From Proteromonas lacertae (Eukaryota), in assembly GCA_002245135.1 (NCBI GenBank), contig NGBS01000015.1, positions 1-64,000 on the forward strand: a stretch of DNA of 64,000 nt, written 5' to 3'. Position 1 is the first letter of the stretch. Each line of letters starts with the position of its first letter. The translations under genes and the position numbers were made by a program. The notes under the pieces are model-generated. The model was given only the letters and a program-made list of their open reading frames with translations, was not told the origin of the DNA and made no database searches. Of this stretch, positions 52,085 to 64,000 are shown one piece after another.

Positions 52085-54999
52085 ATGGAAGGCAGAACAA
52101 GGAGGAGTAAGTAATCCACCAAGCAGTGCTAGTAGCGTTAAACCTCCTTATTTCGAAAAGAAGAATGGGAAACAACAACCAAGACAACCACATTTGAGAG
52201 TATTAATAGATAGATTTAATATTTTTTAGACTGATTACACGAAAATGGATTTAAGAGATAGAACCATATACGAGTTAAAGAAGAACTTATACCCTTGTGT
52301 CATTTGTCTTGAAAATGTATAAATCACACATACAATATTCATATAATCATTTTAGATTAAAATGAAAGATCAAATATGGAGTTGTGATGTATGCTATCAC
52401 TTGTTACACATAAAGTGTATGAAAATGTGGTCAGGAATGGAGTACGAAGTCCGTTGTCCAAACTGCAATACAATCCAATCATGTGACTATATTAGTAGAT
52501 GTTTCTGTAAGAAAATCAGCAATCCCAGTTACAATCATTACATTCCTCACTCTTGCGGTAATAAATGTGACAAATTATTAAAATGTGGTCATCATTGTAG
52601 TAGACAGTGTCATCCAGGTCCTTGTATTCCCTGCATTCACCGTGGTAATTACTGTTATTGTGGTAAAACCTATATGAATACAGAATGTGGAAAACAAGAA
52701 TCATGTGGTGATCCATGCAGTAAAATACTTTGTGATTTAAATCATGAGTGCAAGTTAATATGTCATCCTGGTAATTGTCCACCCTGTTATAAGAAAGTAA
52801 TGTGTATATGTTATTGTGGAAAAGTACAGAAGGAAATAAGATGTAGTGAAAGAAAACCGATTTTGTGTAATAGAAAAGATGATTATATTGAACAAACACC
52901 TGAAATTGATTCATTTGCACAACAACCAATCATTTTAGATGATAAACATCCAATAGATTTGCAGATCAATGTAAAAAATGACAAACAAATCATCACTTAT
53001 AAATCAGATCCATTATTATATCTCGATCCAATCAATAAATCATTTCTATATGAGAAGTTACCTGAACAATATACAGGATCCTTCTGCTGTAATCAAGTCT
53101 GTAATACTCCATTAAACTGTGGTATACATAAATGTTTAGAATTATGTCATCCTGGTGAATGCAAACAATGTAGTCTAATTAAAACATGTGCTTGTGGTAA
53201 AAGAACATTATCTGAATTGTTATTACCTTCAACATTACCATGTTCATCTGAACCACCATCTTGTGGTCAAAGATGTTTGAAGTTATTGAATTGTAATAAA
53301 CATAGATGTCAAGATATATGTCATCCTGGACCTTGTAAAATTTGTAAAGAACAAGTTGTTATTGTATGTAGATGTGGACAAGAAACAAAGACTGTCATAT
53401 GTGGTGATAAAGATAAGGAAGAAAATAAAGAATATATATGTAATAACAAGTGTGGAATGACATTGAAATGTGGTATTCATAAAGTGTAATACCATTTGTT
53501 GTCCTTATCGAGGAGTTTCAAAGAAGAAATTAACATCATCAACAGCTCATTGTTGTAATGAAATATGTGGAAAATTATTAAACTGTAAAAAACATCATTG
53601 CGATTTACCTTGTCATTCAGGGAAGTGTCCAGATTGTGCTATAGCTATAACCGATATAATATTAAAATGTAATTGTGGTCGAACAGTAATCAAACCTCCA
53701 TATAAATGTGGAACAGTAGTTAGTTGTTATTATCCATGTAATAGAGTGAGAGAATGTGGTCATAAAAGTGATGGTCATTTATGTCATGATGGTGATTGTC
53801 CTCCGTGTATGGAATTAGTGAATAAAGTGTGTGTAGGAGAACATATTGTAGTGCCAAATGTAATTTGTTCAAATAATAATGTATATATATTATATATATT
53901 TAATAGTTGAGATGTACAAACAAATGTGGGAAAATCCTCCCCTGTGGTCATCATTGTCAATTACAATGTCATACTGGAAAATGTATTACTGATCCTACCA
54001 AATACCAATGTAAACAACTATGTACAAAAACACGTAAAATATGTGGTCATCCTTGTAATGAACCTTGTCATTGGAATAATGCAACTCAATCATTAGATGA
54101 ATGTCCAAATACACAGTGTCATTATAAAGTCAAATTATTATGTAAATGTGGAAGAAAATCAGAAGAAGTAGATTGTTTAATGAATAATGATGAAACTGGA
54201 TGAAAATTTAGAAATGAAGAATAGAAAGATAGAATGTGATGATTTATGTTTAATGATCCAAAGATCAAAAGCATTTGCTGAAGCATTTGGTATAGATGTA
54301 AAATCAAAAGTGAATCATACAGTGAGTGATTCAAATTCAGCTGATATCTATGAAGAATTATTAAAAAGAACAAAATTCCCAAAATCACTAGTTGCTTGGG
54401 GTTACAATAACAATAATGAGTTAATTAATCTAGAACATGAAATTGATGTATTTATATCATCACCACTATTAAAGAAAAAGATTGTCGTTGCTGATAGTTT
54501 GAAGAGGTCAGATAAAGAAATGGAAGAGTTAATTAGTAATTATTATAATTTGAGTTTTGAACGAACTGGTATGACTATTACAGTGATGAAGAAAGGAGAT
54601 ACTAAACCATGCTATCCACATCCTCTACTGTCAGAAACAATTAATAAATTCCATATGACAGATGAAGGTTATTTTCCACATTTAAACGAACCAAAGTATG
54701 AGAAGAATGATCCAGAAGTTAAAACTATTCTTCATTTATATAATATTACAACGTATCGTCCAATTCCTTCAATTATTACCCCTTATATACCTGAAGATGT
54801 GAATATTAGGAAGATAAATCATGAGAATACGTTATTATATTGTCATTCACAAGGAGTTGCTTCAAAAGTGTTTGATATACTGAGTGAATTAGAACCGAAG
54901 GTGTTTAAGATTAGATACTGGGGTAAAGTCAATGGTGAAGATAATAATGTGAAATATGATGATAGTGATGATGGAAGTGAAGAAGAAGGTGGAGAATGA
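52085..54999 (+). CDS. NFX1: NF-X1/NFXL1-type zinc-finger protein
   Basis: RING-like CVICL..IWSCDVCYHLLHIKC, many CGxHxCxxxCHPGPC repeats; +1 frameshifts near 53481 and 54188. Confidence 0.85.
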
Positions 55000-55157
55000 A
55001 GAAGGTTAGATATTTTTAATGTAAATTACCTTTATTTCTTTCTGTTTTGTATAATTGTGTATATATTTTTTACTCAAATATAGTTTTCATAATAAGACAT
55101 CACATTTTAATAACCAACTTGAAACGCATAATTATTTTTTAATCGTTTTTTAATAAA

Positions 55158-58100
55158 ATGATATACTATCTGTTAATCATATTAAATGTGGTATTGGCGT
55201 ATATGTTATTATCATATGATATATGTAGAACTGATTTTTGCGCTGATTCTATTATTAAGAGGGATTTATCAAATACTCTTTATGCTAGAACCAGAGATTA
55301 CGATGCAGCTCAAAGACAGATTGATCAAACAGCAGCAGCTTATTTTGATATGCCTTTGGATGACGAGATAAAGTATCCAAGTGTCACTTGTCAACAATTA
55401 TTTGCAATGGCTAATATGACTGATGGTCCAGATTATATACATGTGTTTCTGGGAATGAATTTTTTAACTGGATATATTAACGATACAAATACTACAGCAC
55501 CTATTTACAGCCCAGATTATGATAAATATCAAATAGCAAATGAATCAAGAAGATTATCATCATTAAATTTCATGTATTTCATATAATCATATAATTACTA
55601 CACTAGGTTACCAAATATATTGAAATCAACAGCTGGAGGTTTATCAGTATGGTTAATTGTTGGTGTTAAACAGTTATTTATTAGTAAAATATACGCAGAT
55701 TATGTTCGATTTCCAATTCCAGAAGCCGCATGTATATTTCCTCAAGATATGTGGGATTATTATTTCTTACCATATACAGTGTATTTACCCCAAAATAAAG
55801 GAACAGATGAAGAACCAGAATGGGAAAGAGTACCAAAAGGATGGACAAGACCAACCTGTGATGCTGCAGTAAATACAACAATGACAGAATATATATATCC
55901 ATTATATAGAAATGAAAGTCATGTAGATACCTATTATGGACAGTTAATATTAGATCTAAGAATTGGATCAGTGTTTTATGAAACATTATATTTAAATGAT
56001 CCAGATAAATATGGTTTTAATTTCTTAGTTTCTACATTCGATTATAGAGTAGTTGGTGCTTCAGATTATGGAACAAAAATGTTATTTGATAGTGAGTATA
56101 ACATTGATATGTTAACTTGTTATTTTGAATCAACTTTGAATATATCAACCACAGGATTTTCACCATTACATGAGTTATTACAAAATCCAATGATTGATAA
56201 TACCAATATTCATTCTACGATTAATAACAAAGATTATTATGTGACTTGGGTAAGAGAAGATACTTATAAATATATATTAGTAGCTGCTGTACTTGAGAAT
56301 GTATTACATGGATCTTCCTGGGAGATTCAAACTCCATCCATTAATTATTCAAGTGAAGAAGAAACTGAAGATTCATTTATAATAGTAAAGAATACTGGTA
56401 TTTATAAAGTAACCTTTACATTGTCAACAACCAGTACATTTGTTATTCTTAATGATAAATATACAAAACAATTATCATTAGAACCAAATAAATATTTAAA
56501 TATCACATTTCGTGTTGATTTGACAAAGAAAAGTGGAGATTCATTTACAGTGACATTTATACCAAACGGTGATAACTATGAGTGTTATACCTCTTTATTA
56601 GCAACAGTAAACTTAGTAAATATTGATTGTGTTAGTAACGATTATATTTATGAATTAAGTGAATGTAATTCAAATTATAGACATACCGTTCATTATAAAT
56701 GGAAAGAAGATAGTATTTGTCGAGGAGGAATTAGTTTACCTGCTGATGAAGAAATACCATGTCAATGGTTTAATGGTAATGGTGGTTTTATTGCTTACAG
56801 TTGTATTGTATGTGGTGTAGGATTAGTATCATTTTTATTTATTGGTTTAAAGTGTATAAAACATGCAGCTGAAGTGAGAGCCATGGAACCAATTCCATTT
56901 TTTATATGTTTTACATGTGGATTGATCTTTTTAATGATTTGTATATTAGTATTATGTTTTGGTGAATTGAACAGAATGAATTGTACAGTTTATCAAGTAT
57001 TTAGAACATTTGGAAGTTTGTTGATTGAAACTACAATATTGTGTACTTTAATTCAAATTAATACTGTATATAAATTTATATATAATATAATGCCAATAGA
57101 AATTTATAAAGAATAATATTATATTTATTAAAGATAGTATTTATTTATTAGAGTTCTTATTGCCAGTATTAATAGTTGAATCAATGTATATATATATCAA
57201 AATATATTCATTAAATAGAATTCTTGGAGTTGTATCTCCTTTCTATGACGAATGGAATGAAACAATCAATGATAAAATTATTCCAATGAATGTGTGTAAG
57301 AGTTCAAATATGATAAAATCAATAGTTATTGATATACCAATATTTCTACTGTTTATAGTGAATATCTATTATTCAACAAGAATTGGTTCAGTCCATACTA
57401 GATTAGGATCAAATGTTCTACAAGTTTTAAGAGCTTGTAGTTTTTCAAATATTCTATTAATTGCTAATCCAATAACTAATTTTATCACTCACAATGGTTT
57501 TCCAGATCAATTAGTAATAAGTTATGTACTAGTAAGTGAGTGTCTATTATTAATATTGTTATTAAATGCTTTAACACCTTATAGAGAATGGATATTATGT
57601 AGAAAGAATGGTGGTGTTTCTCAAGATGGAAAGATTGTTTTTACTCAAGTATTGAATGATCCAATTACTAGATTATATTTACATAAACATTTACAAGATT
57701 TGTTACAAGAAGAAAATATAATCTTTTGGGAAGCTGTAATGGAGTTGAAAGGTGCAGAAGGACTTACTGAAGAGTGTTATGTGAATTGTTTAATGCATAT
57801 TTATAAGAGATTTATATCTGAAAATGGTGATTTAGAAATTAATATCAATGATTCAATGAAGAAAGAAATAACCAAAGAAATTGAAAAAGGTAATTATACT
57901 TTATCAATTTTTGATAAAGCAATGGCTGAAATTGAAGAATTAATAAATGTAAATGCGTTTTATACATTCCAATCATCAGCTCATTTTGAAAGTGCTAAAA
58001 CATTAATGAATTGGTATAATAACTATGCCAAGATGGAACCACAAGCTCAAAGTGCAGTATTTATGAAAGTGATGCAAGATGGTATATATATAAGTGCTCA

Positions 58101-58732
58101 AAACTATTATATCTTTTTTTTATTATATTATTGTATAATTATTTTAAATATTTATTTTTCTTTAATAATGATTACTTATTAATGGATTTGAAAATCCTCC
58201 TGTTTTTCATGAAACTGCTACAGCTGGTGGTGGTATTCAATCAGCAATTGTTTCATTCGTTTCAAAGGGTAATCCTAATCTAAGTAGACCTCCCAGTATG
58301 TTTGCAGGTACAGTGAAACTATCAACTCATGAATCATCTCATAACCAATCATCATCCAATGATCTTTCAAGACAAATTCGTTCAAGTAGAACAGGAACTT
58401 CTCCTCAACCTCCTCCTTCTAGAAAAGCTTCTCATGTTGTTCAACAATATGCTTCTGCTAATAGGATATCAGGTTTAAAGACGAGTATGAGAATGTATAA
58501 TAGTAATGCAAATAGTCCAAGAAGATCAAAGGTAATTACACCAACTGAAATGCCTGGTGCAATTCCTGTTACTGTTTCTACTCCTCTTACAAATTCTACT
58601 CTACTTACTACTTCTGCTATAGGTGCTTATACTCCAGGTGGTACTTCTACTCCAGTTACTAATTCCTTCCATATTGCTCCAATTTCAGAGAATGTACTTC
58701 CTCCTGTGAAGAATTCACCAAACGATGTGTAA
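55158..58732 (+). CDS. 7TM-RGS receptor-like protein with large ectodomain
   Basis: Signal peptide, Cys-rich juxtamembrane CRGGISLP, seven hydrophobic segments, RGS motifs EENIIFWEAV, LEININD, IFDKAMAEI, S/T/P-rich tail. Confidence 0.82.
58109..58175 (+). other. Probable U12-type AT-AC intron (67 nt)
   Basis: 5' ATATCTTT, branch-like TTTTCTTTAAT 10 nt before 3' AC; removal joins ORFs 57160 and 58298 in frame. Confidence 0.7.
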
Positions 58733-58865
58733 GTTACTCATATTATTTATATATTAACCCTAAAATTAATATTTTAATATATATTATATGATGTTTTTGT
58801 GAATATATCATATAATTATCGATTATTAGACTAATAACACAGTTTAATAATAGAATAATAATAGA

Positions 58866-61800
58866 TTAATATGAAAATGATTTAGGAACAACATTTCTCT
58901 TTGTTAGTTTGGAACTTATATCATACTCATTTTTATCTAATCTACAATGATAGTAAAATATATTAGCATTACCATGCTTCTCCATACTATCACATGAATA
59001 TTTCTTTGTTTCATTCTCTTCTTCATCTTTGATTGTATTTACTTCGATTGTTTTTATTCCTATGAAATGGGATACTAGATTTGGTTCATTTGATGGTTGT
59101 TGATTTGATTTGATGGTTGTTGATTTGATGGGTTGTTGATTTGATGGTTGAGCAATATTTCTATTTGATGATACATAAATATAATGAAATTCTGACCAAT
59201 CAAATAAAATGTTCAAATGTATCATACAATCTTTAATTATATCATTGCATTCTCTACTCTCATCTATAACATTTACTACATGAATAAAACAATTATTCAA
59301 CATATAAATCATTTCTCTGTTTTCAGTTGCTAAATGAACTAAATACATATTACTATCCTTTTTACAATATATATCACCTTCAAATAATTGTTTAAAATAT
59401 GCAAATTTATTTATATCTATTTCTTTTAATCTAATTCCACAACCATGATATAAACAGTTGTAAAACATTAGTTCATCAAATAATAATTTAAACAATTGGG
59501 TATTTTTTCCTTTTTCATAAATATCATTAAATATATGTTTAAGTTTTTCCACATCTTCTTCTCCAGCTTTATGCTTTATACAATCATAAATATAATCAAA
59601 TACATCATCAGATATAAATTCCATTTCATATTCATTGATTCTGTCATAGTATTTGATTTTATTCTCTTCATCTTTAAAAGGGATAGAATATTTAATAATA
59701 TAATGACTTAACGTACTATCAAATGTTGTTCTTGCTTTATCAGATATTCTATCATCTTCTGTTTTGTTTGGATATAAATATGTCATTAGAAATTCCATAT
59801 AACCAAGATCACCAATTATTCTCTTTATACCATTTGTATATAATTCTTTCCAATAATCTTTACCATAACATTCTTTATAAATTGAGGCATAATAAATATG
59901 CCTTGGCACATTTCCATATCTACTATTATAACCTTTTGCTACTTCTAATAAACAACCTGGTAAACAATTATCTTCCCATTCTACTATTTCATCATCACTA
60001 AATACATCCATAAAATAAAAATACATTTTACGAGATGTATCAAAAAAATTATCATAATTTTTATGATCTGGAGATGTAATATATAATATTATATTAGAAT
60101 TTGCTGTTTCAGCATCAACATTATATGAATCAGATATTGCTATATCACAATTATCTTTATCCTTACCTTCTACCACTTTTTTCTTATTTAAATGATAAGC
60201 ATTAAAAGGATTATTATCAATTGCACTTTTAAATATATTCACTTTGACTGGATCTTCAAGATCACTATTTAATTCATTAATTTTCATTAATAGATATATA
60301 ATGAAGGATGTCTTACCACATCCTGGATTTCCTCTTAATAAGAAGTTAAAATCACTGTCAAATAATACTTTGGAAATATCATCTATTCTTGGTAATTTAT
60401 TTATTCTATCTAGTATTTTATATATATTATTCGTAAATGTTTTCTTTTTATTCACTTCAGTATCTTCTATTATCTGTAATATATTTCCTACATAATTATT
60501 TAACACAGTTATTATTTTGTTAATTCTATGTATATTTATTTCTTTTCTTAATTTAACAAATAAAATAAATATTACCAACTCATTCCATATATAATCATAT
60601 ACTTTTCTTATATAAACTTCTTCTCTTGGATACTGATAAATATTACATTTAATTCTTATTGTTATACCATTACCATTAAATTCTGGAGTATTATCTCCAA
60701 ATATTTTACATAGAGCATTTGTTGCTATAATATTATAATAATATAAACATATACTTGTACGCTTTTCACAATATTGTGGTAAACTTTTCAATACATCTTT
60801 TAATGTTATGAATCTTTTTTTGTATTTTTGCTAAATGTTTCATCATCACCAATTTCATTTTCTATACATTTTTTAATTCTTTTTACATTTTCATTTTTCA
60901 TATCCAATTTTACTATATTATTAATTCTTTCATATTCATTCTTAAGTATTTCCTTTATTGTATTAGCATCCATTGTATCAACATCACATTCTGTTATATC
61001 ATCGACATATGTATCATTATAGATATTATCGAATGTTGCATAATCAAGTTCTATATCTTTATTCCTACACTCATTTCGATACACTTCTATAGACAAATCC
61101 GAATAATCTTTTGGTTCAAAGAGTACCTTCGAACCTTCTGAATAATATGCAACTAATTCAGCTTGAGTTGCTTTATTTATTAAATAATTATGCAAATCAA
61201 CTAATCTAATATAATAACCAAAAAATCTAAGTCTCTTTGATTTAATAGATAAAATAATCTCCCTTGGCTCATAACTTTTTTTATTGTCTGTTTTGGGCTT
61301 TTTCGTAGGAGGTTCTATAGGTTCTGGTTTATCCCATACAAAATGTCTTTCCATTTCTTTTATCATTTTTATCTTCAATTTTCCATAATGACCAAAATCT
61401 GCTTCACCAACTTCCTTACTATACCCAAATCTTTCTTGATCAAATAGTATAAAACCTATATTAAATATTGGATTACATTGGTTTAATTCATCGATAATAC
61501 TATTAGTATCTTGTGAACCTAATTTTCTGCTAATATTCTATAATAAATATTTATACTATAATATATACACTAAGAATATTATCCCTCATTTCTAATTTAT
61601 TTCTTTCATCCAAGTCGTTGTATATCACATCTATCAAATAATCATCTAAATCATGTAATATTTCAGAATTTAATCCAACTTTTAATAATTTATTAGCTTG
61701 TTCAAGATCATATAAATACATAAACTGAAGTTGATATTGAAATAAAAACAATTGATATATTAATAAGTATAATGTTGGTAATGATTTGATTGATCCATAT

Positions 61801-64000
61801 AAAAATTCATTAACATAATATGACAATATTTCTATTCTTCCATTATCTAGCAATGGTGTTTCTATCACGTCTTTTAATGCAATTAATTGTTGTTCAATTC
61901 TTAATGTTTGAATTATTTTCTGTAATGATTGTAATTTCTTCGGATGGTTTTGTAATGCTTTATTTAGATCTTCTATTGTTGTAAATTGATCTGGTTTTAC
62001 TTTTAATGTTTGTATCAGTTCTCGTAATAGGTTTAACTGATCTGGGTGGTTTTGTAATGCTTCATTTAGGTCTTCTAATGTTGAAAATTCATTTGGTTGA
62101 TTCTGCAATGCTCCTATCAGTTTTTGTATTGCTATTAACTGTTCTGGGTGGTTTTGCAATATTTGCCTTAGGTGTAGTAATATTGTCAATTCATCTGGTT
62201 GTTTTTGCAATGTTTCTATCAGTCCTTGTACTGTTGTTAATTGTAGTGAGTAGTATTGTATTTCTTGTATTATACTATCCACTGATTTGAATTGTTGTAA
62301 TGTTTGAATTAGGTCTTGTATTGCTGTAATTATTTCTGCCTGGTTCTGTAATGTATATAATTTGTTTAGTTGTGAAGGATTTTGCACTAATTCTAACAAT
62401 ATTATCTGCTTTGGCTGGATTTGTAATGCTTGTATAAAACTTTGTGATACTTTCAATTGTTGTGAATAGTTTTGTATTGTTTGTATTAAGTCTTGTATTG
62501 CTTTAAATTTAGGTGATTTGTCTTTTCTTGAAATTTCTATTAAATTCTTCAATAAATTCAGATGTAGTTCTGAATTACTCTGTAAGGTTTGTATTAAATT
62601 CAGTAATAATTGAAGTTCAGATTGATTTTTCAACATTTCAATTAAAATATGTAAAAACTCTTTTTGTTGTGGTGGTTGGTCTTCTAACTCTTGTATTAAA
62701 CTTTGTAATTCTTTCAATTGTGGCAGTTGTTGATTATTTTCCACTTTCTCCATTACCTCTTCTAATGATGATAATAATGGAACTATTTTCTGTATATAAA
62801 CCTGTATAGATTGGAGAAGCTGATAATTGTTTTGTATTATCTGTATTAGATTCTGTAATTCATTTAATTGGTTTTGGTCTTCATATACTGCTAACTGTTG
62901 TAATTGATTATTCGATGAAGGAATCTGTTTCAATAATACAGTTTGTAATTTCTTTATTGTTTCTTGTATTACATCTATTTGAGTAGTTACTCTATTACAT
63001 GAACTTTGTGATGTGGATGACAAAGAATTGTATATTTTATTTAATTCTTGTATTTGTTTATCAATTTCTTCTATCATATTTTGAAATGTAAGCAATTGTA
63101 ATATTATTCTATAATCTTCACTATGTAATTTAGACTTGATATTTTTTAATAATTCTAATTGTTCTTCTATATTTTTCAATTGTTTTTCAATTAATTCAAA
63201 CAGTGTACTTTCCGTTATAATGTTTTTATTTCCAAAACATATCAATTTATTGTTTAATTTCTTATATTCATCCATATCACCATTTAAAATATTCTTGAAT
63301 TGATTTATTATCACCTCTCCATAGATATTCTTCAAACCACGTTTAATATTATTGTCAACATCTATTCTATTCTCAACTACGTTAATCAAAAACTATAATA
63401 ACAAATTAATATATATATATATATACATATGTTTCACATAATATTCTCTTCCTTTCATCCATCTGCAATATATAACTTTTTTTTAATTCATTTGGAATAT
63501 AACCATTTTGATAAAGTGACGATATTAAAATCTTTATATTTTCTTCCTTATTATCAATAACAAGACTTTTCAAATAATTAATTATATCAGCTTTATGACA
63601 ATCATAAAACATCTATGTAATAATAAAAATAAAAATATACGTTTAACAAAGCAATTACATTCTCTTTAATAACATGCTTTTCATTAGTTGTCATTTGAAC
63701 ACCAGTTATGTTGAATTTATTAATAATACACCCATCGATGCATGGGAAATTGGATATTTCACTAAAATCTAAATACAATCCTTCAACACTTTCTTCTTTT
63801 TCTGTTACATATTTTGTCTCTTTATTGAGATACTCCATTATTTTATCGATTTTATACATATAATATTTATTCTCTGGAAGATATATTGAATAATAATCTC
63901 CTTTGAAATCCACAAATTCATACTGGTAACTAGTAGTTGATAATATAATATGACATAATCTTTCATATATTTTACCGTCATTATCTTTCATGAATGAATT
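58866..64000 (-). CDS. Crinkler/RHS-type P-loop NTPase plus PD-(D/E)xK nuclease protein with Gln-rich repeats (5' end beyond window)
   Basis: NFPCIDG..GVQMTTNEKH REase-like motif; LRGNPGCGKTSF, YFMDVFSDDEI and YGNVPRHI NTPase motifs; segments linked by mini-introns and one frameshift. Confidence 0.68.

Overview
Very AT-rich, gene-dense eukaryotic nuclear DNA with tiny GT-AG introns (mostly about 25-45 nt) and very short intergenic spacers. The cytosolic GAPDH, PA14/putative-Ig surface protein, GU-rich 3' ends and mini-introns suggest an anaerobic gut stramenopile (Proteromonas/Blastocystis-like); this is inference. About 30 protein genes are recognisable, including SPO11-2, a Myb factor, EMC8/9, GAPDH, SmD1, EFSec, cyclophilin B, a DUSP, NFX1-like, a 7TM-RGS receptor, glycosyltransferases, four pseudokinase-LRR genes, a three-copy orphan family and a Crinkler/RHS-type NTPase-REase gene, plus tRNA-Thr(AGU). 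The main hidden system is in the apparently empty 18.9-20.6 kb gap: ten box C/D snoRNAs on the minus strand, packed 3+3+4 into three unusually long introns of an apparently non-coding spliced host transcript. They include a dual U6 snRNA/LSU rRNA guide and two snR190/SNORD12-like RNAs with a looped antisense element. Other highlights are a probable AT-AC (U12-type) intron, an inverted duplication with mosaic identity around SmD1, a recurrent GGCTTG upstream motif, and many +1 homopolymer insertions that are probably assembly errors. rRNA/snRNA target sequences and site numbers are recalled from yeast/human and were not computed; gene starts outside the ORF track were inferred by manual splicing.
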